A stretch of DNA of 61,828 nucleotides, the filler included. It is 4 parts of 4 records of this genome, joined end to end, with 100 filler letters (N's around TTAATTAATTAA, not from the genome) between each part and the next. Parts side by side here need not be neighbours in the genome. Positions count along the whole stretch, not along the records: positions 37,443 to 54,069 come from DRR723986_3158; positions 54,170 to 61,828 come from DRR723986_3168; 2 more parts are not named here. One strand, given 5' to 3'. The position numbers were made by a program, and so were the translations under genes. Positions 51,456 to 61,495 of this stretch are shown here, piece by piece (position 1 is the stretch's first letter; each line of letters opens with the position of its first letter). The notes under the pieces were generated by a model. That model was given only the letters and a program-made list of their open reading frames with translations, was not told the DNA's origin and searched no databases.

Positions 51456-51701
51456 ATGGCGGATCATGTCGTCCCGCATTTCCAGAACTCCAGCGGACAC
51501 GATTCGGTGGCGATCGGCGCACGGGAATTCATGTGCATCGGCGCAAATCCTCCGTTTGATCATCCCCATGTCTTCCTCGACATGGGTAGTGAGAACGAAG
51601 TGGTCTGCCCCTATTGCTCCACACTCTACAAGTTCGACAAGACACTGCAGGCAACCGAATCCTCGCCTTCAGACTGCACCTGGACGCCTGTAGCGGCGTA
51701 A
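51456..51701 (+). CDS. zf-CHCC zinc-finger protein (NDUFS6-like)
   Basis: C...HPHVFLD...CPYC; GAGGA RBS. Confidence 0.9.
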   Translation: MADHVVPHFQNSSGHDSVAIGAREFMCIGANPPFDHPHVFLDMGSENEVVCPYCSTLYKFDKTLQATESSPSDCTWTPVAA

Positions 51702-51716
51702 CTTATTGGTCTGTCC

Positions 51717-52919
51717 ATGAGCACGAATGGTGAGACCGGTCTTCCGATCATTATTGCCGGCGCAGGGATTGGCGGTCTAACGGCCGCCCTTTGCCTGCAT
51801 GCTCAAGGGCATGAAATTGTCCTCATGGACAGGGCTCGGCAACTTTCGGAAGTTGGCGCCGGCCTTCAGCTTTCTCCCAACGCCTGCTCGGTACTCGATC
51901 AGCTTGGCTTGCTGGAAGACCTCACCCCACATGCCTACGCCCCGGATTTTGTGAAAATCTGCTCGGCAAAATCCGGCGAAGAGCTCGCCAGGGTGACGAT
52001 GGGCACTTTCCTGAAGGAGCGACACGGCTATCCTTTCTGGGAAATCCACCGGGCAGATCTCCAGCGCGTGCTTCTGGAGAAGGTTCAGGCCAGTGACGGT
52101 ATTTCCCTCCGCCTTTCAAGCGAAGTTATCGATCTGGAATCCTCGCCCTACGAGCACCTGACCTGCGTGTTCCAGGACAATGAGATCTCGGGAAAACTTC
52201 GTTGCAGGGCTCTCATTGGCGCTGATGGGGTCTGGTCCAGGACCAGGCGGCTCATTCCCGGACATGAAGACGCTCATTACAGCGGCCAGGTTGCCTACAG
52301 GGCCACGGTCCCGATCGATGCGGTGCCCGAACGCTGGCGCCGCGATGCCGGCCTCTGGTTCCACAAGAGCGCCCATCTGGTGCATTACCCGGTTCGTGGC
52401 GGTCGGGAACTGAACATCGTCGGGCTGGTAGAAGAGGCCTGGGAGGACGAGACCTGGTCTGCAAAGGCCAACAAGGAAACCCTTCTGAAGATTTTCCGGG
52501 ATTGGCCAACGGAAGTTCGCAATCTTCTCACGATCCCTGACGCCTGGTTAAAATGGGCCCTGTGCAGCGTGGACGCTGGAGGCCCCTGGACCCATGGCAA
52601 TATTGCGCTGATCGGTGATGCCGCCCATGCGATGCTGCCGTTCATGGCGCAGGGGGCGGCAATGTCCATTGAGGACGCAGCGATCCTGGCTGAGCATATG
52701 CCTCAGGACGTCGAAAACATCCCCGCTGCTTTCAGGGCGTTTGAGCGGCAACGCAAACAACGGGTACAGCACATTCAGGGTATTTCTTTCAGAAATGCCC
52801 GCACATTCCACTACGGCGGCGCGATGGCCTTCGCCCGCGACACCGTTTTGCGCCTGTCGACACCAACCAGTCTGGCTGCCAGGTTTGACGATATTTATGG
52901 CTGGACTCCCGGGCAATAG
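51717..52919 (+). CDS. FAD-dependent monooxygenase (salicylate hydroxylase-like)
   Basis: GAGIGG, EVGAGLQL, GADGVWS and GDAAHAMLPFMAQGA. Confidence 0.92.
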   Translation: MSTNGETGLPIIIAGAGIGGLTAALCLHAQGHEIVLMDRARQLSEVGAGLQLSPNACSVLDQLGLLEDLTPHAYAPDFVKICSAKSGEELARVTMGTFLKERHGYPFWEIHRADLQRVLLEKVQASDGISLRLSSEVIDLESSPYEHLTCVFQDNEISGKLRCRALIGADGVWSRTRRLIPGHEDAHYSGQVAYRATVPIDAVPERWRRDAGLWFHKSAHLVHYPVRGGRELNIVGLVEEAWEDETWSAKANKETLLKIFRDWPTEVRNLLTIPDAWLKWALCSVDAGGPWTHGNIALIGDAAHAMLPFMAQGAAMSIEDAAILAEHMPQDVENIPAAFRAFERQRKQRVQHIQGISFRNARTFHYGGAMAFARDTVLRLSTPTSLAARFDDIYGWTPGQ

Positions 52920-52992
52920 ACCCGCTTTCGCTTGAGCCGGGCGTCAAGCTGGGATAAAGCCAATCCCCATCCATGTGTCAGGGAGTGTGAAG

Positions 52993-53736
52993 ATGACCGG
53001 TCAGAGGGCAGATGACGTTGTAACCGCTGCGTTTCTGGTCATCGGGGATGAGATCCTGTCCGGCCGCACGAAGGACAAGAACATCGGCTTCCTCGCCGAC
53101 TACCTGACTGCGCTTGGCATTGACCTGAAGGAAGTGCGCATTGTTCCGGACGAAAAGCCGGAAATCATCGGTGCCGTCAATGCGCTGCGGGCGCGCTACG
53201 ACTACGTGTTCACGTCCGGCGGCATTGGCCCGACACACGACGACATCACGGCCGAAAGCATCGCCGACGCCTTTGGTGTTGCGCTGAACCTTGATCCGCG
53301 CGCTGTCGCAATCATGGAACCCCACTACCCGCCGGGCCAATTCACCCCGGCTCGCCAGCGTATGGCACGAATTCCCGAAGGCGCGGACCTTATCGAAAAC
53401 AAGGTTTCGAAGGCACCGGGCTTCCGGATCGAGAACGTCCACGTGATGGCAGGCGTGCCGTCGATCATGCAGGCGATGATGGACGCGCTTGCGCCTTCGC
53501 TGAAGACTGGCAAGAAGATGCTGTCGGAAACAGTTGCCGCAGACATGCCTGAAAGCCGCATCGCCGAGCGCCTCGCTGCCATTCAGGACGCGCATCCGCA
53601 AACCTTGATTGGCTCTTATCCGAGAGCGACGGACGGCAAGTTCACCACACAAATCGTGATCCGCTCGCGGGACGAGGCGATACTGATGGCCGCGGTCAGG
53701 GATGTCGCGGAAGCTGTCGCCGACCTGTCGGGATAA
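52993..53736 (+). CDS. CinA N-terminal-like (COG1058) molybdopterin-binding family protein
   Basis: IGDEILSG, SGGIGPTHDDIT and AGVP; no CinA deamidase C-domain. Confidence 0.9.
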   Translation: MTGQRADDVVTAAFLVIGDEILSGRTKDKNIGFLADYLTALGIDLKEVRIVPDEKPEIIGAVNALRARYDYVFTSGGIGPTHDDITAESIADAFGVALNLDPRAVAIMEPHYPPGQFTPARQRMARIPEGADLIENKVSKAPGFRIENVHVMAGVPSIMQAMMDALAPSLKTGKKMLSETVAADMPESRIAERLAAIQDAHPQTLIGSYPRATDGKFTTQIVIRSRDEAILMAAVRDVAEAVADLSG

Positions 53737-53751
53737 TCTGAAGGACTAGAA

Positions 53752-54069
53752 ATGGAAAACCCAGCCCAAGACAAAGCATTCCCCGTTTCCTGGGACATGT
53801 TTCACAGAGATTCCCGCGCACTAGCCTGGCGCCTTTCTAGCGAAGGCGAGTGGAAGGCGATCGTCTGCATCACCCGTGGCGGACTGGTACCGGCCGGGAT
53901 CGTTGCGCGTGAGCTTGGCATCCGCACCATCGAAACCGTCTGCATTGCGTCCTATCACGACTACGACAGTCAGGGTTCGCTCAAGGTCATCAAGCCGATC
54001 GACCCGAAGGTCATCGACCTGGAAGACGGTGAAGGCAGCGGTGTTCTGGTGATCGACGATCTGGTCGAC
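53752..54069 (+). CDS. gpt: Xanthine phosphoribosyltransferase (3'-truncated)
   Basis: [16 protein letters not shown] and VLVIDDLVD (PRPP motif). Confidence 0.93.
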
Positions 54070-54169
54070 NNNNNNNNNNNNNNNNNNNNNNNNNNNNNNN
54101 NNNNNNNNNNNNNTTAATTAATTAANNNNNNNNNNNNNNNNNNNNNNNNNNNNNNNNNNNNNNNNNNNN
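54070..54169. other. Artificial contig linker
   Basis: Same 44N-TTAATTAATTAA-44N structure. Confidence 0.97.
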
Positions 54170-54307
54170 AGTAAGCCACCGAGGAACGAAGGGGGCGCAA
54201 CGCTCAAAAGGGACCAAAACACGTTTTGAGGCCCTTGGCCGTTTGTGAGCGACAAGTTAAAGTGAAATACCATGATCGGCTGCGATACGCACCGGAAAGG
54301 TTCCAGC

Positions 54308-55513
54308 GTGAAACGCGGCATTTACCTCCATATTCCGTTTTGTGAAACGAAGTGCATTTACTGTGACTTCTATTCGATAGAAAACACAAGCCAGATAGAT
54401 GCCTTTGTGGCGACGCTGCTGCGCGAAATAGATATGCGCCTGGGGGGACTCGCTACAAACGACAGCCGGGAGATCGATACCGTATTTTTTGGTGGAGGAA
54501 CTCCCTCGCTCCTGCGGCCGGAGCAGATAGGCCAGATAATGACGGCGCTGCGTGGACATATGCAGATTAGTGCCGATGCCGAAATTACGATGGAGTGCAA
54601 TCCGGGGACGGTGAGCGTCGAAAGTTTAAGCGGCTACAAATCACACAGTATCAATAGGCTCAGTTTTGGTGTGCAGTCTTTTTATGAGGACGACCTGCGC
54701 TTTCTTTCCAGAATACATTCGCGGACCGAAGCTTTTGATGCACTCACCACGGCACGTGAAGCCGGCTTTGACAATGTTAACCTGGACCTGATGTTCGCGC
54801 TGCCGAAACAGAATCAGGATCGCTGGCGCGCGAATATGGAACACGCGCTGGCACTGGGACCTGAACACATCTCTGCCTACAGCCTGATTTTTGAGGAGGG
54901 CACGCCGCTGAATGCGATGCGCCTGCGCGGCGAAGTTCAGGAGGCCGATGAAGAGCTGGATGCGAACATGTATGAAGATGTGATGCAGATTCTGGCCGAT
55001 GGTGGATACGAACAATACGAGGTCTCCAACTTTGCACGCAATGGTTTGCGCTGCCGCCACAACCTTAAATACTGGGGTGGCGAAGAGTACTTTGCCGTGG
55101 GGCCTTCGGCACATGGCTACCTGAATTCGACGCGTTACTGGAATATGCGCAATTTAAAACGCTATATGAATATGGTGAATGCGGGCCAACTGCCACTGGC
55201 CAATTCCGAAGTTTTGTCGCGCAGTGACCGGATGTTTGAACGTGCATTTTTGGGGCTGCGCTCGACGGGAATTGACGCTCAGAAATTTGAGCGAGAGTTT
55301 GGGATAGGATTAATGGCGGCGCTGGGGACACATGGGCGTGAGATCTGCGAGCGCGGTCTGGCGCGCATAGACGATGGCGTCTTACGGTTGACAGCTGCCG
55401 GGTATATGGTGTGTGATGCAATTTCTGCCGAGTTGATCAAACGGCTGGAGGACGCTGCTGGTGCGGAATGGAGCCTTGCAACTCAGGGTGCGGTGCAAAG
55501 TTCTGGGAATTAA
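54308..55513 (+). CDS. hemW: Radical SAM heme chaperone
   Basis: YLHIPFCETKCIYCDF (CxxxCxxC), GGGTPS, YEVSNFA and HNLKYW (HNxxYW); GTG start inferred. Confidence 0.92.
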   Translation: MKRGIYLHIPFCETKCIYCDFYSIENTSQIDAFVATLLREIDMRLGGLATNDSREIDTVFFGGGTPSLLRPEQIGQIMTALRGHMQISADAEITMECNPGTVSVESLSGYKSHSINRLSFGVQSFYEDDLRFLSRIHSRTEAFDALTTAREAGFDNVNLDLMFALPKQNQDRWRANMEHALALGPEHISAYSLIFEEGTPLNAMRLRGEVQEADEELDANMYEDVMQILADGGYEQYEVSNFARNGLRCRHNLKYWGGEEYFAVGPSAHGYLNSTRYWNMRNLKRYMNMVNAGQLPLANSEVLSRSDRMFERAFLGLRSTGIDAQKFEREFGIGLMAALGTHGREICERGLARIDDGVLRLTAAGYMVCDAISAELIKRLEDAAGAEWSLATQGAVQSSGN

Positions 55514-55626
55514 GACCTTGCAGTCTGCCGCCAAAGCGGTAAATTACGAGTTTGTGTGTGTTTGGCCGGCTGCGCGTGGCGCGCATCTCCGACGGCCATA
55601 ATTTTCAATTGGATAATGACAACTGT

Positions 55627-58600
55627 ATGGATACAAAAACTCTCCATCGCGCGTTTGGAATCCTGGCGTTTGTGCTGGCGCTCGTCACGTATATGCTGAC
55701 GGTGCAATCTTCCGTTCCATTCTGGGATTGTGGTGAATTTTCATCGGCTGCGATCCAGCAGCAAGTACCGCACCCACCGGGTGCTCCGCTGTTTTTGATG
55801 GTCGGCAAGGTCTTTCACGTTTTGATTCCCTTTGGTGACGAAGGCTGGCGCATTAACCTGGTGTCGGTGTTTTCGAGTGCTTTCTGTATTCTGCTGCTGT
55901 ATTTGATTTCCGTGAGTGTGATCAACAATTTCCGGGGGCATAAACCCAAGGACTTTGGGGATGCTCTGATGGTTTTTGGATCGGCGTTTGTGGGAGCTTC
56001 GGCTTTTACGTTCAGTGACACGTTCTGGTTCAACGCGGTGGAATCGGAGGTGTATGCGGCGTCAACCCTGTTTGTGGCAGTCATCGTGTGGTTGATGATG
56101 CGCTGGCATGAGGAGGCGGACAATCCGGGCCACGAACGCTACATCCTGTTGATTGCCTATTTAATTGGCCTTTCAATTGGTGTGCACCTTCTGGCTGTGC
56201 TGACAATTTTCCCGATAGCTCTGGTGATTTACTTCCGCAAGGCGAATGTTAATCTGATGTCTTTCCTGTTGATGGGCGCGGCGTCGGTAGCCGTCTTCAT
56301 TACGGTTTATCCCGGGATTGTAAAGTGGCTACCGGGACTGATGGATGGTCACTGGATCTCCAAGACGGCGGCAAATGAGTGGCTGATAGAAGACAGCAAT
56401 TTGCTGCGTTTTCTGGCCTATGCGCTGATGGCGGCTGTAACGGGCGTTGCAATCTGGGCTTACCGCAAGGGCAAACCACTTGTAGCTGTTGTCGGCTCCT
56501 GTTTTGTCTTGATGTTCGTTGGATACAGCACATACACACACATTCTGCTGCGCGCCAACGCTCATCCACCAATGAATGAAAACAACCCGAATGACCTTAG
56601 CAGCCTGGTGTCCTACCTGGGCCGTGAACAATATGGTGATGCGCCCTTCTGGCCACGCCGTTATGACACGCGCGGGCATATTCAATACAACTTTGCCAAC
56701 TATGGCGAATGGTATCCACCGGATCGTGAGCGCGTGGTGCGCAATGACGGTGTGGCAATCAGCATCCCGGTGTTTAATGATATTAACACGGCTGGTGAGC
56801 TGAATTACCTGATGGACTACCAGTCCAGCCATATGTATTGGCGTTATTTTGCCTGGAACTATATCGGCCGGGTGAGCGACATTCAGGATGCTCCCTGGAC
56901 CTTTAGCGGCTACAATACGGATGAAGAATACTGGCTATATAATGTCGGATCTTACATTGAACATTTTCCGGTGAAGTTCTTTGCTTTGCCATTGCTCTTT
57001 GGACTGTTTGGTTTCTTCTACCATGCATATCGCGATCCGCGCATGGCGGTGGTCTACTTTGTGTTGTTCCTGCTGACCGGGATTATCGCGGCATTGCAGC
57101 AGAACCAACAGAATCCGCAGCCGCGTGAGCGCGACTATTTCTATACCGGCTCTTTCATGGTCTTTGCGATGTGGATAGGCCTCGGGGTCTATTTCCTGAT
57201 GGACCAAATTCGCGCGCAGCGAGAGAAAGGATATGTGCCGCTGGTTGCAGCCGTACTGCTGGTTTCCTTTGTCGCGGTGCCGGCCAATATGGCCTACCAG
57301 GGCTGGGCGATTCACGACAGGAGCGGTAACTACCTGCCTTTTGACTACGCCTACAACATCCTGCAGAGCGTGGAAGAAAATGCGATCATCTTTACAAATG
57401 GCGATAATGACACATTCCCAGTCTGGTACCTGCAGGACGTAGCCGGCGTACGCCGTGACGTGCGGATTGTTAACCTGAGTCTGGGTAATACGCTCTGGTA
57501 TGTTAACCAGCTTAAGAACGAACGTCCCTGGGGCGCTGAGAAGATTCCGTTGACATTCAGCGATGAATCGATTCAGACGACGGATGAGAATTCGTCGGTA
57601 GCGCTCTCATATTATATCGACCGCGCACGCGAAGTTGAAGTGCGCGTCAAACCTGAGATTCTGCGTCAGTACACCAGCGATCCGGCAGTGATCAGCGGCG
57701 GCAAGATGTCGTGGACGCTGATTGGTGATGAGTTTGGCGGCAATGCTGAGCAACAGGAATATGTGATTCGCGTGCAGGACCAGCTTGTGGCGGACATTTT
57801 GAAAACGACCAAGTTTGAGCGGCCGGTGTATTACTCGATGTCGGTCGGTCCGGATGCATACGCTGGTCTGGAAGACTTCTTCCGGCTGGAGGGCATGTGT
57901 CTGCGCGTCTGTCCGGTCTCACAGAACAATCGTTCGGGCTTCTTTGCATGCAACGAAGCTGTGATGGACCAGACGCTGCTGAACATCATCCAGGGCGATG
58001 ATTACTATACTGAGCAGCGTTATGGCTGGAAGCTGCGCAACCTGAATAATCCAAATGTGTATTACGACGAGTCCAACCGCCGTCCGGTACCGAGCTATCG
58101 CAATATCTACCTGAATTACGCTACGTGGATGTTGAACCAAGGCAACAAAGCCAAGGCTTCGGCAATCATGGATACGCTGGACAAGTATATCTCCACCGAT
58201 ATGTTCCCGATGCCATTTGCAACGGAAATGCAGGTTGCAGAGATTTACAGTCGGGCCGGAGCTGATCAGCAGGCACAGCACTTTGCGCAGTTGGCATTAA
58301 ATTCTTCTGACAGGCTGTTGCAGCCGGGCAATGAGCGCCTTTGGAATGTGGAGCGTTACACGCGTTCGTATAATCCGGCGCAGATTGCAGCGGATGCAAG
58401 CACGATGCTGGGGAACTACGATGCGGCGATGCAATACTGGCGTGACTACGGTGCGTCGATTAACCGCGCTGATGACCCAAGCCTGCGCGGCATCATTGAC
58501 CAGCTGCGCATTGAGAAGTTTGAGTCTCAGGGTAAATACAGCGAGGCAATTGCCGAAGCTGAAGGTATTATCCAGGAGTACCGCTCCTCAGGCCAGCAGT

Positions 58601-58719
58601 ACCTGAACTCACTGATTCCACAGATTGAGTTCCTGATTCTGGATATGAAAAACAAAGCCGGATTCCCGGTTGAAGACGTTGTAGGCGAAGGCGAAGAGCC
58701 CGAAGCCGGCGCAAACTGA
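55627..58719 (+). CDS. DUF2723 (TMEM260-like GT-C) membrane glycosyltransferase
   Basis: FWDCGEF, HPPGAPLF, WFNAVESEVYA, QPRERDYF and FTNGDNDTFP; many TM helices and a long soluble C-terminus. Confidence 0.9.
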   Translation: MDTKTLHRAFGILAFVLALVTYMLTVQSSVPFWDCGEFSSAAIQQQVPHPPGAPLFLMVGKVFHVLIPFGDEGWRINLVSVFSSAFCILLLYLISVSVINNFRGHKPKDFGDALMVFGSAFVGASAFTFSDTFWFNAVESEVYAASTLFVAVIVWLMMRWHEEADNPGHERYILLIAYLIGLSIGVHLLAVLTIFPIALVIYFRKANVNLMSFLLMGAASVAVFITVYPGIVKWLPGLMDGHWISKTAANEWLIEDSNLLRFLAYALMAAVTGVAIWAYRKGKPLVAVVGSCFVLMFVGYSTYTHILLRANAHPPMNENNPNDLSSLVSYLGREQYGDAPFWPRRYDTRGHIQYNFANYGEWYPPDRERVVRNDGVAISIPVFNDINTAGELNYLMDYQSSHMYWRYFAWNYIGRVSDIQDAPWTFSGYNTDEEYWLYNVGSYIEHFPVKFFALPLLFGLFGFFYHAYRDPRMAVVYFVLFLLTGIIAALQQNQQNPQPRERDYFYTGSFMVFAMWIGLGVYFLMDQIRAQREKGYVPLVAAVLLVSFVAVPANMAYQGWAIHDRSGNYLPFDYAYNILQSVEENAIIFTNGDNDTFPVWYLQDVAGVRRDVRIVNLSLGNTLWYVNQLKNERPWGAEKIPLTFSDESIQTTDENSSVALSYYIDRAREVEVRVKPEILRQYTSDPAVISGGKMSWTLIGDEFGGNAEQQEYVIRVQDQLVADILKTTKFERPVYYSMSVGPDAYAGLEDFFRLEGMCLRVCPVSQNNRSGFFACNEAVMDQTLLNIIQGDDYYTEQRYGWKLRNLNNPNVYYDESNRRPVPSYRNIYLNYATWMLNQGNKAKASAIMDTLDKYISTDMFPMPFATEMQVAEIYSRAGADQQAQHFAQLALNSSDRLLQPGNERLWNVERYTRSYNPAQIAADASTMLGNYDAAMQYWRDYGASINRADDPSLRGIIDQLRIEKFESQGKYSEAIAEAEGIIQEYRSSGQQYLNSLIPQIEFLILDMKNKAGFPVEDVVGEGEEPEAGAN

Positions 58720-58740
58720 TTGCTGTAGGCCGTTTGCACT

Positions 58741-59703
58741 ATGCAGGTACCCGAACTCAAAGATATCATGGCAGCGGCGGAGCGTATAGCTCCTTATGTG
58801 CGGCGTACGCCGCTGCTATCGTCTGCAGAATTAAACACACTCTGCGGCCTGGATCTGGTGTTTAAGCCGGAAAACCTGCAGATTGGTGGTGCGTTTAAGT
58901 TTCGTGGTGCCTGTAATACCATTCTCAGCCTTGACGAAGCTACTGCGGCCAAGGGAATTGCAACGCAGAGTTCGGGTAACCATGCTGCCGCCGTATCACT
59001 GGCGGCGCAGATGCGCGGGCTCAAAGCAGATGTTGTTATGCCGCGCAATTCACCGCAGAATAAACGACGTCGGGTACGCGCGGCCGGCGGGACAATTCAC
59101 CTCTGTGAACCCAATCAGGCGGCGCGTAATTCTGAGCTTAACAGAGTAGTTGCCGAAACCGGCGCGTATGTTGTTCATCCGTTTAACGACATGCGGATCG
59201 TATGTGGCCAGGCGACGGTGGCAATGGAGGCTCTGAGCGACGATCCCTCTATAGACCATGTAATTGCACCCGTCGGCGGCGGCGGCATAATGGCCGGTAC
59301 GGCGCTGGGTGTGCACTACACCAAACCGCAGACCACCGTCTGGGCAGGTGAACCCCAAGGCGCCGACGATGCCTGGCTATCAATGCGCGCTGGTGAGATC
59401 ACGCCGACTGCAAAAATCGACACAATCGCCGATGGACTGTTAACAACCGTTGGTGAAGTCACCTTCCCGATTATAAAAGAGCACGTTGAAGAAGTTGTCC
59501 TGGTGGACGATGCTGAGATTGTGCGTGCCATGCGCATTTTGTGGGAATACCTTAACATTATCGTTGAGCCGTCCGGTGCTGTGCCGTTTGCGGCCGCACT
59601 TAAACAAGCCGATCAGCTGCGCAATAAACGCCTGCTGATTATCATCACCGGTGGAAATGTGGACTTGGACCGCGCCTTTAATTTGTTTAAGCAGTATGCC
59701 TGA
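58741..59703 (+). CDS. PLP-dependent threonine/serine dehydratase or serine racemase family enzyme
   Basis: KPENLQ, AFKFRGA (PLP Lys), SSGNH, VGGGG, TIADGL and VEPSGA; no regulatory domain. Confidence 0.93.
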   Translation: MQVPELKDIMAAAERIAPYVRRTPLLSSAELNTLCGLDLVFKPENLQIGGAFKFRGACNTILSLDEATAAKGIATQSSGNHAAAVSLAAQMRGLKADVVMPRNSPQNKRRRVRAAGGTIHLCEPNQAARNSELNRVVAETGAYVVHPFNDMRIVCGQATVAMEALSDDPSIDHVIAPVGGGGIMAGTALGVHYTKPQTTVWAGEPQGADDAWLSMRAGEITPTAKIDTIADGLLTTVGEVTFPIIKEHVEEVVLVDDAEIVRAMRILWEYLNIIVEPSGAVPFAAALKQADQLRNKRLLIIITGGNVDLDRAFNLFKQYA

Positions 59704-59978
59704 GTTTGTTTGTAGTTTTGCTTCTGATTATTGATTCCTGCCTCCGCTTATCGAAATTACCGTTGTGCTTTTGACGCGGCTGCACGGAAGTTTTGGGTTG
59801 TGTTGATTATCGCGATGCGGCTATTCTTGTTCGTTCATGAGCCGCAGGCCTTGCTACTTCTACACTATCATTTATGTAAGTATAGGTTGTTTGAGTAAGT
59901 ATATTGCCGCGCGCAAGTTGAAATGGCATATTTGTGGCAGACAAATTAAACTGATGTTTGTGTGCATAAGGAGAGAAT

Positions 59979-60818
59979 ATGTTGCGGAATACAAAGCGCG
60001 CATTTTGGGTGATTTTGGCGAGTTTTCTACTACCCTTAACTTTACAGGCGTCCGAAGAAGTTAGTGAAGTTAACTATTATGTACATAACCACGGCATGCC
60101 TTCCAAAGGCAAAATCTTAATGGTTGCGAGCAGTCCGTCGGTTTCTGAGCAGACGGGGTGGCCGATTGGTTTTTGGGCTGCCGAGTTAACACATCCGCTT
60201 CTGGTGTTTCAGGAAGCCGGTTACGAAGTGGAGTTGGCCTCTACGAAGGGCGGCAAGATCGAAATGGACAGTTATTCAAATCCGCTGGATAAAAGCGGCT
60301 ACGCAGCGCATGATGTCATTAGCCTTGGGTTTATGCAGCAAGAGTGGTTTAACAAAATGCTGCAAAACACAAGCAAGTTAAGTGAAATTAATGCCGGTGA
60401 CTACGATGCGATTTTTCTGGTAGGCGGCCAGGCGCCAATGTATACATTCAGGAACAATGCGGCGTTGGAAGAGCTGTTTGTGAAGTTTTACGAAAGCGGT
60501 AAGCCGAGTGCGGCTGTTTGCCACGCCACAACTCTATTGCTGGATGCGACTAAGTCCAATGGCAAACTTTTGGTGGACGGCAAGACCTGGACAGGATTTT
60601 GCGATGCTGAGGAGGAGTATGCGGACAAAGCTGTGGGGCAGCAAATTCAACCATACCGCATTGAAACTGAGGCGCGTAAAATACCGAATACGCAGTTTAA
60701 AGTTGCGGCGCCGTTCTCGGCATATGCAATTGAAGATGGCAATCTGATAACCGGGCAGCAGCAAAATTCAGGTGCAGCGGCGGCGCGTCTGTTAGTTGCG
60801 CAGCTGGAGGCATCGTGA
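59979..60818 (+). CDS. DJ-1/PfpI (Hsp31-like) protein with signal peptide
   Basis: GFWAAELTHP (Glu), AAVCHA (Cys-His) and LITGQQ; N-terminal hydrophobic segment ending LQA. Confidence 0.88.
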   Translation: MLRNTKRAFWVILASFLLPLTLQASEEVSEVNYYVHNHGMPSKGKILMVASSPSVSEQTGWPIGFWAAELTHPLLVFQEAGYEVELASTKGGKIEMDSYSNPLDKSGYAAHDVISLGFMQQEWFNKMLQNTSKLSEINAGDYDAIFLVGGQAPMYTFRNNAALEELFVKFYESGKPSAAVCHATTLLLDATKSNGKLLVDGKTWTGFCDAEEEYADKAVGQQIQPYRIETEARKIPNTQFKVAAPFSAYAIEDGNLITGQQQNSGAAAARLLVAQLEAS

Positions 60819-60877
60819 GATTACCGCACAGGAGTGTAGATTCGCGCCGTTGTTTGTATAAACAGTGGCGCGCTACC

Positions 60878-61495
60878 ATGAGGCTTGTGTGTCTGTGCGT
60901 GCTTACGGCCCTTGTTTGTTTGACTCCGCAGCTGCAGGCGCAAAGTTTTGAGTTTATGGCCGGGACTGAACGGATGTTCATTGACGCACAATGGTTAAAC
61001 GGCTTTGATGCGGATTGCCGCTGGACGCTGTTTAGCCGTACGCGCGCGACGGTGGATTACCACGACAATACGAACTTGTTTAGCGGCGCATACTTAAACT
61101 TCACCTCCGCGAGCGGTTATGGTTTAACACTCCTGGGCAGGGCGTCCACACATGGTTCGGGCGGTGACGCAGGCGTGCATTTGTTTAAGCGCAGCCAGGC
61201 ATTTATGCTCTACGCGCTTGCCTCTATTGGCGCCGGGCGGGAGCGCAGTTATAACTGGTTTTCAATTGCGCGTTTTACGCCGCGATTGTCCGAGGAGTTT
61301 AGGTTCTATAGCAGCCTGGAGTTGTTTAGCAGTTTTAACGATGCGGGCCATGCTGCGAGTGTGCAACGCCTGCGCCTGGGGCTGCAGCGCGGCATGTATC
61401 AATGTGGTTTGGCGCTTAACATTTCTGGGCTCGGTGCCGATTACAGTGTTGCCGATCCGAATATTGGACTGTTTGTGCGTGTGCGTTTTCAGTGA
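60878..61495 (+). CDS. Hypothetical exported protein, possible outer-membrane beta-barrel
   Basis: Signal peptide ending LQA-Q, alternating amphipathic segments and C-terminal GLFVRVRFQ. Confidence 0.65.
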   Translation: MRLVCLCVLTALVCLTPQLQAQSFEFMAGTERMFIDAQWLNGFDADCRWTLFSRTRATVDYHDNTNLFSGAYLNFTSASGYGLTLLGRASTHGSGGDAGVHLFKRSQAFMLYALASIGAGRERSYNWFSIARFTPRLSEEFRFYSSLELFSSFNDAGHAASVQRLRLGLQRGMYQCGLALNISGLGADYSVADPNIGLFVRVRFQ

